This document shows, one piece after another, positions 18,269-28,829 of a stretch of DNA of 64,000 nucleotides (within the stretch, counting starts at the first letter, position 1; every line of letters starts with the position of its first letter). Source of the DNA: an uncultured archaeon (GTDB taxonomy: Archaea; Asgardarchaeota; Lokiarchaeia; Sigyniarchaeales; SOKP01). The translations under genes were made by a program, and so were the position numbers. The stretch is taken from assembly GCA_964486045.1 (NCBI GenBank), contig CAZALK010000019.1, positions 1 to 64,000 of the forward strand, given 5' to 3'. Under the pieces are notes generated by a model, which was not told the origin of the DNA, did no database searches, and worked only from the letters and a program-made list of their open reading frames with translations.

Positions 18269-20380
18269 ATGAGAAAAAAACAAATTTTCGTACTACTAAC
18301 ACTCTTCGCGTTTTTAAATGCTGCTAGTCTCGGAATATTCATTGTATCAGCTACCGCAAGTACTATTGTCGAAATGCCTGAATATTTAGCCGTTGACATT
18401 AATAGTGGTCTAGCTGGGAATGTAGTTATGCCAAAAATTACCGGTGATCTTGGTCAATATAGTACAGTAGAAGACTTCGAATCAACACCTCCAGTAGGAA
18501 CAGTTGCTGATGATTGGTATCTTTTAGCTTCGACAGGAGATCCCACGATGACACTTCGTGCCGTCTCTGGAAATGTTGAAATCTGGGTACAAAATAATTT
18601 ATCCTTTCCAGGGGGAGATCCAAGAAATGCAGATCCCTATAATACGATGATTACTGACGATATGATAAATTATTTAGCCGACCAATTTAATACTGCTATT
18701 TATCCTAATCTAGCCGATTATTTTGGTACACCTTTAGATAGAAACGGTTCAAATAATTTATTTGAGATAATATCTTGGCCTGGTCCAAGCTATTGGGAAT
18801 GGATCGAAACTGATAATCCTCAAAGAGTCATATTAAAAGTTCTCAATTATCGAGATGATAACTTTTATGACCCAACATATCCGTACTATGTAGCAGGTTT
18901 CTTTGCCGACCTTTATACTAATGTTTATTATGATAGGAATATGGTTCATATCGATTCTTGGCGATGGTGGCAAAGACTTGGCCCAGAAGGGCAAGAATGG
19001 TTCCCGGAGCGTCCTGATTTGGTTGTGACTCGGCCAAACTTATATGAATCAGTAACAGCACACGAATTTCAACATAATATCCATTTTGATCACAATCCAG
19101 ATGATCCTAATTTTATGAACGAAGGTAGTTCCATGTTTGCTGAATTAGTCAGTGGTTACCCAGTCGATTGGAGTGGTATCAACAGCTTTTTACAGACACC
19201 AGATAATTCTCTAACAGAATGGGAGGATCAAGGTGGTATTAACGTTTTGGCTGATTATGGTCAGGCCTTTTTATGGACGACTTATTTAACGGATCATTAC
19301 TCGACTGAAGAATACAAATTCCTATCTCGTTTCATGCAAATAGGTGAACCAGGGATTGAAGGGATTGATCTTACATTAGAAGATTTAGGATTTGATGAAA
19401 GATTCGAGGATGTTTTCAACGATTGGAAAATTGCGAATTTAATCCACTCTGGAGATGGGATATATGATTATATTTCAATTGATTTTGACGATCCTGAGGC
19501 TGGAGATTTGAGAGTTTATGAGTTAAAGAATAAATGGCCTACTGATGTTTTCGGAAGCGATTTTGGAAATACAGTTTCGATCCTTGGCTATGATACGGGT
19601 ATATCTAGAGTTGGCTCATATGGAACGGATTATATCTTATTAAACAAATTAAAATGGCAATTTGACTCTGAATTACAGTTTAATGGAGATGAAGTTGCCT
19701 GGGTACCACATTGGTACAAAGACGGTACAGCATGGTATTCAAGCAGTTCTGAACCTTTAACAGCATTAGACCTCTTTTTAAATGTAGACCTTACTGGTAC
19801 TTCAACTTTAACAATTGATACTATGTATGAAATAGAAGAAGGTTGGGATTTTGGTATTATTCAAATAAATGATGAAAGTTCAGGAGAATGGGTTACGCTT
19901 AATAATTCTTATACAACTTCTGAAAACTGGGGTACTACTGACGCAATTCTCGAAAGCCTTCCAGGGTTAACGGGTAATAGTGGTGGTTGGATAACAATGG
20001 ATTTCGATCTTGCAGGATTTTCAGGACCATCGACTATTCGTTTCCGTTATATGACAGATTGGGCTTATATGGATCCTGGATGGTGGATTGATAATGTAAA
20101 AATCGATGGAACACCAGTGAGTGAAGGTGATTATTGGGATTTATATGATCCACCAGCGACTTCTTTCATAGTAACAGTGATAAGACAGGATTTCTGGGAA
20201 GGAGAATATTATTTCAGTTTAGTTACTGAGATGGTATTGGATTCTAATAATGATGGCGCTATAGATTTAGCACCCTTCCTTTCGTCACCTGGACCACACC
20301 TTCGATATCCTGACGTTATATTAGCGATTACTCCACGTGTTGGTATTGCAGACTACTCATTCTCCGTAGTTAAAACTTAA
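18269..20380 (+). CDS. secreted zinc metallopeptidase (M30/M6 immune-inhibitor-A-like)
   Basis: Signal peptide, AHEFQHNIH..NEG.S, C-terminal YEIEEGWDFG..FRYMTD..GWWIDNV beta-sandwich. Confidence 0.85.
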   Translation: MRKKQIFVLLTLFAFLNAASLGIFIVSATASTIVEMPEYLAVDINSGLAGNVVMPKITGDLGQYSTVEDFESTPPVGTVADDWYLLASTGDPTMTLRAVSGNVEIWVQNNLSFPGGDPRNADPYNTMITDDMINYLADQFNTAIYPNLADYFGTPLDRNGSNNLFEIISWPGPSYWEWIETDNPQRVILKVLNYRDDNFYDPTYPYYVAGFFADLYTNVYYDRNMVHIDSWRWWQRLGPEGQEWFPERPDLVVTRPNLYESVTAHEFQHNIHFDHNPDDPNFMNEGSSMFAELVSGYPVDWSGINSFLQTPDNSLTEWEDQGGINVLADYGQAFLWTTYLTDHYSTEEYKFLSRFMQIGEPGIEGIDLTLEDLGFDERFEDVFNDWKIANLIHSGDGIYDYISIDFDDPEAGDLRVYELKNKWPTDVFGSDFGNTVSILGYDTGISRVGSYGTDYILLNKLKWQFDSELQFNGDEVAWVPHWYKDGTAWYSSSSEPLTALDLFLNVDLTGTSTLTIDTMYEIEEGWDFGIIQINDESSGEWVTLNNSYTTSENWGTTDAILESLPGLTGNSGGWITMDFDLAGFSGPSTIRFRYMTDWAYMDPGWWIDNVKIDGTPVSEGDYWDLYDPPATSFIVTVIRQDFWEGEYYFSLVTEMVLDSNNDGAIDLAPFLSSPGPHLRYPDVILAITPRVGIADYSFSVVKT

Positions 20381-20516
20381 TGAAAGTTGTTAAACAATTT
20401 TAAATATTTTTTTTTTTTAATTTCTTGTTATTTTAACCAGAATATAATAATTAGTATCACTAAAAGCAAAAATCAAGAGTAATCACTGTTTATGTAAAAA
20501 AATTAAAATATTTAAA

Positions 20517-21212
20517 ATGATAAACGTGAAAGATTGGAGTGAAAATGTACAATATAATCTTTTTCCTAAATTTGGCTTAACCGAAAATAAAGCAATTCTT
20601 TATTTTATAAAGCGAGATTTACTCATAAGGTATTCTTCTATTGGGGCAATTAACTATTTTAATAAAACTGGTAACGCCTCTCAGGGAGCTTTTGATAATG
20701 CTGCTGCGGTAGGGACAATTATAGAGCTTGCAAGATACTATAGGGAAAACCCGCTTGATAACATTGATTTAATATTTTTAAGTACGGGTTCTGAGGAACT
20801 TAATTTAGGGGGCGCTATTCACTTTATTAAAAGATATAAACATGAATTTGAAAAAAACTCCACGTTTTTTATCAATCTAGATTTAATTTGGGGATCTGAA
20901 GTTATACGCTTAACAACATCTTATGGGATTCCACGTAAAATATCATCTGTTAAATTAAATAATTTATTTTTCAAAAGTGCCGAGGATTTAAATATTAAAA
21001 TTAAGGATATTTATTATCCCTCAGGGGTTTGGTCAGATTTTATGCCTATTGTCCAAGAGGGATTTGAGGCGTGTTGGGTAGGTTCTGAAACCGGTTTAAA
21101 ATTTGTACATACTATCAATGACACTATGAATCTAGTTTCAAAAGAAGGAATCAAAAATACTCTCTTTTTATGTAAAGATGTAATTGAAAAATTAGATAAA
21201 GAATTTAATTAA
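20517..21212 (+). pseudogene. M28 family peptidase, C-terminal fragment
   Basis: GAFDNAAAV, GSEELNLGG, INLD, SDF.P, HT.ND are present; the N-terminal HxD zinc-ligand segment is missing. Confidence 0.65.
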
Positions 21213-21349
21213 CCTACACTTATTTCAGTCTTATTTATTTAACATCTTATATAGTTGAAAAATATAAAGTGATATATTATAAAACTTAAATTATATTCTA
21301 AGATTTAATTATAGAAATTAATATATTTTAAAACGGATATATTCTGATT

Positions 21350-22336
21350 ATGATAACTGTAGAACAAGTTAGAGAAGTATTAAAAGATAATGTCATAAAT
21401 CTCCGATTTCATGCGAGAGGTGGCCAAGGAGGAGTTACAGCCTCAAATCTATGTGTAGAAGCGTTTTATGGTTATGGTGTGTCTCAACCTCTTTTTGGCG
21501 CAGAACGAATGGGGTCACCTACTGAAAGCTATGTAAGACTCTCTGCAAATGAAGATTTAGTGCGATCAAATGAACAAGTATATGGTCCACATTTTGTATC
21601 TGTATTAGATCCTTCATTGTTGGGAGAAATAGATGTAGCTGCGGGGATACCTAAAGGTGGTTGGTTAATAGTAAACACAGTTTTGAATCAACAAGATATT
21701 CAAGATAGTGTAAATAGAAAAGATATCAATGTTGCGACTATTGATGCAACAAGAATCGCTACTGAAGTACTAGGAAGAAACATTACTAACACTATAATTT
21801 TGGGTGCTTTAATCCGAGTTTCGAATTTGTTTTCTTTTGAGGAACTATCCGATGCTATAATGAGAAGATTTAGTGGAGAAATTGCAGCAAAAAATGTTGA
21901 AGCAATTAAGCAAGCCATTGAGGAAACCTGCGTATATGACCTTGGTACTGAAATTGATTTTTCCAAAGATACAAAAATCCCATGGCAACAAATAAAATTA
22001 GGCCTCCCGGGATATCAAGAACTCGACAAAGCTGGAGTTTGGTATACTGATGAAGATGTAATAGAAATGGGGAGCTCTCAAGTAATGACCGGAACTTGGG
22101 GAGAGTGGGATATAATTTGGGATAAAGAGAAGTGTACAGATTGCGCACAATGTTGGTTTATTTGCCCAGATTTTGCAATAGTTCGCGAAAAGGGAGAAGA
22201 TAATTTATGGCATATGACTGGAATTGATAATTTTCATTGCAAATCGTGTCAGAATTGTATTAACGTTTGTCCTGTAGATGCAATTACTAAAGAATTAAAA
22301 CAAGGTCCAGCGTCATGTGCTGTACCTGAAGAATAA
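21350..22336 (+). CDS. porC: 2-oxoacid:ferredoxin oxidoreductase gamma subunit fused to delta (2x4Fe-4S)
   Basis: RFHARGGQGGVT, FGAERMGSP, NTIILGA; CTDCAQCWFICPD and CKSCQNCINVCP. Confidence 0.9.
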   Translation: MITVEQVREVLKDNVINLRFHARGGQGGVTASNLCVEAFYGYGVSQPLFGAERMGSPTESYVRLSANEDLVRSNEQVYGPHFVSVLDPSLLGEIDVAAGIPKGGWLIVNTVLNQQDIQDSVNRKDINVATIDATRIATEVLGRNITNTIILGALIRVSNLFSFEELSDAIMRRFSGEIAAKNVEAIKQAIEETCVYDLGTEIDFSKDTKIPWQQIKLGLPGYQELDKAGVWYTDEDVIEMGSSQVMTGTWGEWDIIWDKEKCTDCAQCWFICPDFAIVREKGEDNLWHMTGIDNFHCKSCQNCINVCPVDAITKELKQGPASCAVPEE

Positions 22337-22350
22337 GGGAGGAAAAAATT

Positions 22351-23580
22351 ATGAGTATTGAACCAATGAGAATATTTTTTAAAGAAATTAAAGAACCTAT
22401 TGAAACTACTATGATTGGAAATTATGCAGTAGCTGGAGGAGTTACTCAAACTGACCCTGACGTTATATGTGCATTTCCTATAACACCTCAAACACAATCT
22501 GTTGAAGGTTTGTCAGATGTAGTTCATCACGGAAGACTCAAAGCAGCTTTCATAAATGTGGAATCAGAGTTAGCAGCCATAAGTTATTCAACTGCAGCAT
22601 GTGCAGCTGGAGCGAGAACCTTTACAGCTACAGCATCTCAAGGTTATTTATTGATGACAGAAGCGTTACCGATGGCAGTAGGGTGGCGAGTCCCCTTAAC
22701 CATGTTGATAAGCGCACGTGCATTCAATGCACCAAATCTATCAATCTGGAATAGTTGGGAATTCACACAAGTTAATTCTGAGTTAGGCTGGAATACTATT
22801 GTGTCCGAGAATGTACAAGAAACTTACGATGCTTCAATTTTATCTGTGATGATTTCGGAGGACTCACTTTTCCCTACGATGTTTGTCCATGATGGTTTCA
22901 TAATCTCTCACTCTGTTCAAAGACTAACATTGATACCCGATGAAGTTGTCAGAAGTCTTACTCCAAAAAAACCAAGACATCACATTACCACAGAAAAACC
23001 TGGTGTATGGGGTGGAATAGTGACTCCAGGTTACTTTATGGAAGGGAGAAAGAATTTAGATGAAGCAAAAGAATCTGTGCTAGGTATAATGAGAAGCTCA
23101 TTTGAAAAGTTTTCTAAAGCAACAGGTCGTAAGTATGATTTAATTGAAACATTTAACTTAGATAATTCTTCAAAAACAGCATTCTTGACAATGGGTTCGA
23201 TGTGTGGTAATATAATTAGCTGGATGACGAGAAATAAAGATATTGGCTTAATAAAAATTAGGGCTTATCGTCCTTTTCCTCATGAACAATTAAAAAAAAT
23301 TATTGAAGATAACCATATTGAGAAGTTGATTATTTTAGAAAAATCTGACTCATTAAATGGAGTACTTCCTCCATTTTCAATGTCAATTGCTTCAGCTTTA
23401 TATCCCCTTGGAACCATTTTTAGAAGTTTTGTCGTTGGTCTAGGTGGGAGAGATGTTACAAGAGATGAATTTGACGTAGCTAAAAAGAAAATTGCAAAAG
23501 TTTCTGATATGAAAGGCAAGCTTTATATGTATTTAGGGGTAAGGGAAACAAAATCAAAAATATTTGGGGTGGAAATGTAA
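22351..23580 (+). CDS. porA: 2-oxoacid:ferredoxin oxidoreductase alpha subunit
   Basis: GNYAVA, AFPITPQT, VESE, TATASQG, DGFIISH, YRPFP, GLGGRD. Confidence 0.92.
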   Translation: MSIEPMRIFFKEIKEPIETTMIGNYAVAGGVTQTDPDVICAFPITPQTQSVEGLSDVVHHGRLKAAFINVESELAAISYSTAACAAGARTFTATASQGYLLMTEALPMAVGWRVPLTMLISARAFNAPNLSIWNSWEFTQVNSELGWNTIVSENVQETYDASILSVMISEDSLFPTMFVHDGFIISHSVQRLTLIPDEVVRSLTPKKPRHHITTEKPGVWGGIVTPGYFMEGRKNLDEAKESVLGIMRSSFEKFSKATGRKYDLIETFNLDNSSKTAFLTMGSMCGNIISWMTRNKDIGLIKIRAYRPFPHEQLKKIIEDNHIEKLIILEKSDSLNGVLPPFSMSIASALYPLGTIFRSFVVGLGGRDVTRDEFDVAKKKIAKVSDMKGKLYMYLGVRETKSKIFGVEM

Positions 23581-23581
23581 A

Positions 23582-24670
23582 ATGTCTCAACCTGAGAGAA
23601 ATATCATTAAGTTTGATGATCTCCTCACAAGAGAAGGAAAAACCAATGTTTTATTCCTAAATTATGATAATGAAGCTTTCATGAATACTGGTATCCAGGA
23701 AAGCGGAGCAACCCCTCCTTATGCATCTACTACAACAGGTCCAGCTGGAGAAAAAATACCTGGGAAAGTTGGTGTGAAGCAAGATTTAGTTACACCTTTT
23801 GGTTTTTTTGGCTCAAATGCTTTATTTTTAGCAACTGGTAACCCAGCTTATCCAAATGATTTTATGGGTAAAATTGTTGAAGGATTAAAATCAAATGGGT
23901 CTGCTTTCGTTCAAACATATTCTGATTGCATGAGAGGATGGCGACATGATGCGGGAGATGCTGTGAAAATCTCTAAACTTGCTACAGATTGTGGATATTG
24001 GCCACTTTATACGATTCGCGTGAAAGATGGCCTCCCAACTTTCTCTTACTATCGTGGTTTAGATATTGTTAAAGAGAAATTTGTTGAATATTTGAAATCA
24101 ATGGGAAGATTTAGACACCTATTTAAACCGAAATTCATGGAGAAGGAAATAGACGAAATTATTTATTATACCGAACAAAGAAATAAGAAATTGAAAGGAT
24201 TAATTGAAGTTTTTGGAGCCGAAAAACCTATTGATGTGTATAGAGTGAATAGAAAAACGTTAAAACCGCAAACTCATTTATCTCCAGGTCATGGTCTCTG
24301 TCCAGGATGCGGAGCTGGTATGGTATTAAACCAATTAGCTACAGCAGCAAATGCAGTCACAGGGAAAAATATAATTTACGTCAATAATACATCATGTATT
24401 GAGGTATCAACATCAAAGGATAATGTAGCTTCTTGGAGAGTTCCATGGGTTCACCATCTTTTTGAATCCGGGGCAACTGTAGCAGAAGCCATAAGTACTG
24501 CTTATAAAATTCGAAAAGCTAAAGGTCAGTTTGACGGTGAAGTCCCTTATATCATTCATATAGGAGGAGATGGATCAACATATGACATTGGGTTTCAATT
24601 CCTTAAGGCAGCCATTATCAGAACGAGTACTATGGTCGAAATGAATGAATATTTAAAAGATCAAAAATAA
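23582..24670 (+). CDS. porB: 2-oxoacid:ferredoxin oxidoreductase beta subunit, circularly permuted
   Basis: YDNEAFMNTGIQ.S..TP..STTT precedes PGHGLCPGCG and GGDG..DIG. ATG 23582 directly follows the porA stop. Confidence 0.88.
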   Translation: MSQPERNIIKFDDLLTREGKTNVLFLNYDNEAFMNTGIQESGATPPYASTTTGPAGEKIPGKVGVKQDLVTPFGFFGSNALFLATGNPAYPNDFMGKIVEGLKSNGSAFVQTYSDCMRGWRHDAGDAVKISKLATDCGYWPLYTIRVKDGLPTFSYYRGLDIVKEKFVEYLKSMGRFRHLFKPKFMEKEIDEIIYYTEQRNKKLKGLIEVFGAEKPIDVYRVNRKTLKPQTHLSPGHGLCPGCGAGMVLNQLATAANAVTGKNIIYVNNTSCIEVSTSKDNVASWRVPWVHHLFESGATVAEAISTAYKIRKAKGQFDGEVPYIIHIGGDGSTYDIGFQFLKAAIIRTSTMVEMNEYLKDQK

Positions 24671-25021
24671 AAACTTTTCTGAATTAATCAAAAACTTCAA
24701 ATATTTTTTTATCCTTTTTCTTTACTGAATATCTAAAAAATTGTAGATAAGGCTTAATAAACCCAAAGAATATTAATTTTTGGCAATTTTTTTATTTTCG
24801 AGAAGGATATTGACTAAGATGTGGATATGATTAGTGTGAACAAGAATTTAAAGAAAAGCATACACTTATATAATAAAAATTTTTCAATTTTTAAGAAATG
24901 AAATTTTAAATTTGGGTAGATTTAAATTTTAGACAAAGCGGAAAATCCATTAGAAAAACAGAAAATTGAAAATGAATTAAAAGAACTGGAAAAATATAGG
25001 TCAATTTCAGAACAATTATTA

Positions 25022-26425
25022 ATGGGAATTGCCATATTTCAAGATGGTATGGTAATATATGCAAATCCGACGCTGACTAAGATTAATGGTTTTTCCAATG
25101 ATGAGATGATGAGTTGGGATCCTGGTGAATTTCTAAAGAATATTCATAGAGATGATACCAACTTAGTTGTAAAATATTTTCAAGAAGCCTTAGAAACACC
25201 ACCTAAAAGTACAGAATTTGAGTGTCGAGTGTTTTCAAAAACAAAAGAATTAAAGTGGGTTCGAGTTTTCCTAAGACAAATTGAGTTTAAAGGCAAACAT
25301 GCTATATATCTTACTGTAATTGATGATACAAAAAGTAAAAAATTAGAACAAAAATTACTCGAAAATGAAAAAAATTCTCGAGTAAATTCTTTTTTAGCCC
25401 GTTTGTTTATGGAGAGTATGTCTTGTATTGTTCTTCTATTGAGACCAGGTACTCGTGAAGTAGTTATGTCAAATCAAAAAGGTATAGATGTTGGAGCATT
25501 ACCGGGAAGGCATTGTTATGATACGTGGGGTCAGCGCAATGATCCATGTCCTTGGTGTTTAGCACCTAAAGCTTGGGAAACAGGTAAAGCCCAGCACTCA
25601 ATTGTTGACGCACTTGATAAGGTATGGGAAGCATATTGGGTTCCGATTCGAAAGGATTTGTATCTTTACTATGCTTTTGATATAACTGATCAAGCAAAAA
25701 GAAATCAAAAAATTGAAGAATTAAATAAAATGAAGTCTGAAATAATAGCAAGAACATCTCATGAATTAAAAACTCCCTTAGTTTCAATTAAAGGATTTAC
25801 GGATCTTTTATTAGATCGCCTGAAAGATTCTTTGGATAGCAAATCAATTTTGCTAATAGAAGAGATAAAAAACGGTTGTGCTCGTTTAGAAAATTTAATC
25901 GGAGACATATTATTAACATCCCAATTAGACTCCAAAACCTATGAGTTGCATAAAACAACCCAAAATTTATCCGATCTTGTAAAAACTTGTATAAAGGAAT
26001 TAACAGGATTAGTAAAATTACGACATCTTAAAATTAATTTAGATATTCATGAAGACTTAGTCACTAAATTAGATTTAGAACGCATTCATGAAGTAATCTC
26101 TAATTTAATAACCAACGCTATTAAATTTACCCCAATTAACGGAGAAATTGATATCAAATCTAAAAAAAAACAGAATTATTATTACATTTCGGTTAAAGAC
26201 AATGGGATTGGATTTACAAAAGAAGAAGAGAATAAAATTTTTACACAATTTGGGAAAATCGAACACTATGGTCAAGGATTTGATGTATTGATTGAGGGAA
26301 CTGGCCTCGGGTTATATATTTCTAAAAGAATAATTGGGGCGCATGATGGACAAATATGGATGAAGTCTAAGGGAAGAAACAAAGGCTCTACTTTTACATT
26401 TACAATCCCTATCATAAAAGTGTAG
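25022..26425 (+). CDS. cytoplasmic PAS-domain sensor histidine kinase
   Basis: PAS domain; SHELKTPL (H-box), NLITNAIKF, DNGIG, GTGLGL. The frame is open upstream to ~24926. Confidence 0.92.
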   Translation: MGIAIFQDGMVIYANPTLTKINGFSNDEMMSWDPGEFLKNIHRDDTNLVVKYFQEALETPPKSTEFECRVFSKTKELKWVRVFLRQIEFKGKHAIYLTVIDDTKSKKLEQKLLENEKNSRVNSFLARLFMESMSCIVLLLRPGTREVVMSNQKGIDVGALPGRHCYDTWGQRNDPCPWCLAPKAWETGKAQHSIVDALDKVWEAYWVPIRKDLYLYYAFDITDQAKRNQKIEELNKMKSEIIARTSHELKTPLVSIKGFTDLLLDRLKDSLDSKSILLIEEIKNGCARLENLIGDILLTSQLDSKTYELHKTTQNLSDLVKTCIKELTGLVKLRHLKINLDIHEDLVTKLDLERIHEVISNLITNAIKFTPINGEIDIKSKKKQNYYYISVKDNGIGFTKEEENKIFTQFGKIEHYGQGFDVLIEGTGLGLYISKRIIGAHDGQIWMKSKGRNKGSTFTFTIPIIKV

Positions 26426-26596
26426 TTCGCGTTCAATCAGTTTATTTATTTTTGAATAGATTTTTCATTTTCAATCACGACAAAATGATAGTAAATTCCT
26501 ATATTTGGAGGATTTATTTAATCTTTTGAAAAGAATAATAACACTTAATTCAATTAAAAAATTAAATTAATTTACAAATATATTATGGGGATTTGA

Positions 26597-27664
26597 GTGG
26601 AACAAGGCTATAGTTCATTATCGAACTTAGGTAAAATAAAAAAAAATGTTAAGAGAATGCGTATCTCCAGTTATGATAAATCTGGAGCAAATGCCGATTT
26701 TGTAATTATTGATGAGCAAAATAAATTTGAGCTATGTTCTCTAGAGACGAGTGGGATTATTAAACATATTTGGATGACTTTAGCATCAGCAGATCCGTAT
26801 TATTTAAGAAAAATTTTAATACGTATATGGTGGGATGATGAAGAAAATCCTTCTGTTGAATGTCCTATTGGCGATTTTTTCGGAATTGGTCATGGGAAAT
26901 CCGTGAATTTCTGGAGTTTACCTTTATCTATGGGTCCTCAAGATGGTAAAGGATTCAACTGTTTTTTTCCTATGCCATTTTCAACTAGAGCAAGGATCGA
27001 GCTTGAGAATGAAACTGAAGTGAAATTAATATGTTACTATTATATTGATTATGAGAAATATGAAAAAATTGATAACTCCTTCGGAAGATTTCATGTATCC
27101 TGGTACAGAGAAAACCCATGCTCAGGTCAGGACTATGTACAATTAAAAAAGTCGAATTTGAAATCTGAAAAGTTTAGTAAAAAAAATCCTGATCATACAG
27201 ATGATTACGTTATCTTAGATGCTAGCGGTGAGGGTCATTATGTAGGGTGTCATTTAGATATACATAATTTATTTGAAACTGAGAGAATGAACTGGCCTGG
27301 TGAAGGTGATGACTATATTGAAATAGATGATGGAGAAATTATACTTCATGGAACTGGTACTGAGGATTATTTTTGTACTGCTTGGTCTCCATCGAAATTT
27401 TATTGTTCACCTTATTTCGGGATAACATTGCCAGGTGGGAAGAATTGGAGTGGAAAAATCTCATATTACCGATACCATATAGAAGATCCGATATATTTTC
27501 ATAAAAATATTAAAGTCAAGATTGAACATGGACACGCAAATCAACGTTCAGATGATTTTTCTTCTACTGCTTATTGGTATCAGACGGAACCTCACAAAAA
27601 ATTCAGCCTCATAATGGAAGTAAATAAAAGATTACCAAGAGAAGAACCTAAGTTGAAAGACTAA
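26597..27664 (+). CDS. DUF2961 / glycoside hydrolase family 172 protein
   Basis: HIWMT, PSVECPIGDFFG, FNCFFPMPF, GEGDD, GTGTEDYF, YRYHIEDPIYF, EHGHAN, AYWYQ. Confidence 0.88.
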   Translation: MEQGYSSLSNLGKIKKNVKRMRISSYDKSGANADFVIIDEQNKFELCSLETSGIIKHIWMTLASADPYYLRKILIRIWWDDEENPSVECPIGDFFGIGHGKSVNFWSLPLSMGPQDGKGFNCFFPMPFSTRARIELENETEVKLICYYYIDYEKYEKIDNSFGRFHVSWYRENPCSGQDYVQLKKSNLKSEKFSKKNPDHTDDYVILDASGEGHYVGCHLDIHNLFETERMNWPGEGDDYIEIDDGEIILHGTGTEDYFCTAWSPSKFYCSPYFGITLPGGKNWSGKISYYRYHIEDPIYFHKNIKVKIEHGHANQRSDDFSSTAYWYQTEPHKKFSLIMEVNKRLPREEPKLKD

Positions 27665-27680
27665 CTGTTATTAGGATTAA

Positions 27681-28370
27681 TTATTCGAGAGCTTCTTCGA
27701 TTGCGGCTCTCGCAAGTAATCTAGTCGAATCTAAACATGGTAAAGGACAATCTTTAGAACCCATCAAAATTGGAATTTCTGTACACCCAAGAATTACTGC
27801 GTCGCATCCATTATTTTTTAATCTTTTAATAACACGATTAAGATATAATCTAGATTCTTCTTTAATTATACCGTTTACGAGCTCTTCAAATATTATTCGA
27901 TCGACTTTACTTATATCAATTTCTTTTGGTATTTCACTTTTTATTCCAAGTTTTTCTAAGGATTTGGGATAAACTGATGAGGTTACTAGGTATTTAGTAC
28001 CTAATATGCCCAATTTTTTAAACTTACTACGTTTAGCCTCTTTTCCTACAACTTCAGCGATATGTAGCCAAGGAATCGGGGATTTAGATATCATTAGGTC
28101 GTATGCTTGGTGGATAGTATTGTCAGGACAAATTGCAAAATCTGCACCTGCTTCTGCAACAATCTTTACTGACTTAAGCATAAGCTCTGCTACTCTTTCC
28201 CAATCTCCATTCCAGATGTGTTGCATGTAATCCGAAAAAGGTGGTGTATGCATAGTTATTTCAGGGTGCCTATATTTAAATAGTTTTACCGGAGCTTCAA
28301 TACATATCGTTGTGTAACATAAAGCCGCACCCTCCGCACTACAAGCAACAATTCCTATATGTTTTACCAC
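27681..28370 (-). CDS. aspartate/glutamate racemase family protein
   Basis: CPDNTIH, GILGT, ILGCTEIP, DST. Confidence 0.9.
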   Translation of the reverse strand: MVKHIGIVACSAEGAALCYTTICIEAPVKLFKYRHPEITMHTPPFSDYMQHIWNGDWERVAELMLKSVKIVAEAGADFAICPDNTIHQAYDLMISKSPIPWLHIAEVVGKEAKRSKFKKLGILGTKYLVTSSVYPKSLEKLGIKSEIPKEIDISKVDRIIFEELVNGIIKEESRLYLNRVIKRLKNNGCDAVILGCTEIPILMGSKDCPLPCLDSTRLLARAAIEEALE

Positions 28371-28425
28371 ATTAAATCCTTTTTTATTTTTTAAAACTTT
28401 TCAATTCTTAAACCTTTTTTTAAAC

Positions 28426-28626
28426 TCATCTTTCTCGTATTCGTTTAATTGTTTCAACTTTATTTCCTTCAGGAAGATGAATATGAGCAACAGTAGCACT
28501 AGCTTCATAACACTCAACTACATCATCTATTAATTTTTTTTCAGTTTGAGCCCAATTTTTAATTTCGGGATATACCAAAGAATTAGCAGTTGTAGCTGTT
28601 ATGATTATTTTTTGAACTTCATTCAT
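28426..28626 (-). pseudogene. beta-keto acid cleavage enzyme (BKACE/Kce) N-terminal remnant
   Basis: KIIITA..P...CYEASATVAHIH matches the family N-terminus; only 66 aa. Confidence 0.65.
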
Positions 28627-28829
28627 TTTAAATTCAATAATTCTAATGATATTTTGAAGTATATAAGCTTTATTTATGAATACAGCTAATTCTTTTTAAT
28701 TTGAGTTTTGGGATTGTAATTTTGAAGAAATATGATAACTAATATTCTTGATAAAAAAATGCATTTAGTGAGTTGAGATTATATTCCATAAGCCAAAAAC
28801 ATAATTTTATGATTGAGGTTTAAAACAAT

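Noticed and set aside
23564-23581. Track start for porB (TTG 23564)
   Set aside because: Overlaps porA; ATG 23582 immediately after the porA stop is more plausible.
28420-28428. TGA ending the BKACE stub as a readthrough codon
   Set aside because: TAA follows two codons later and no homology continues.
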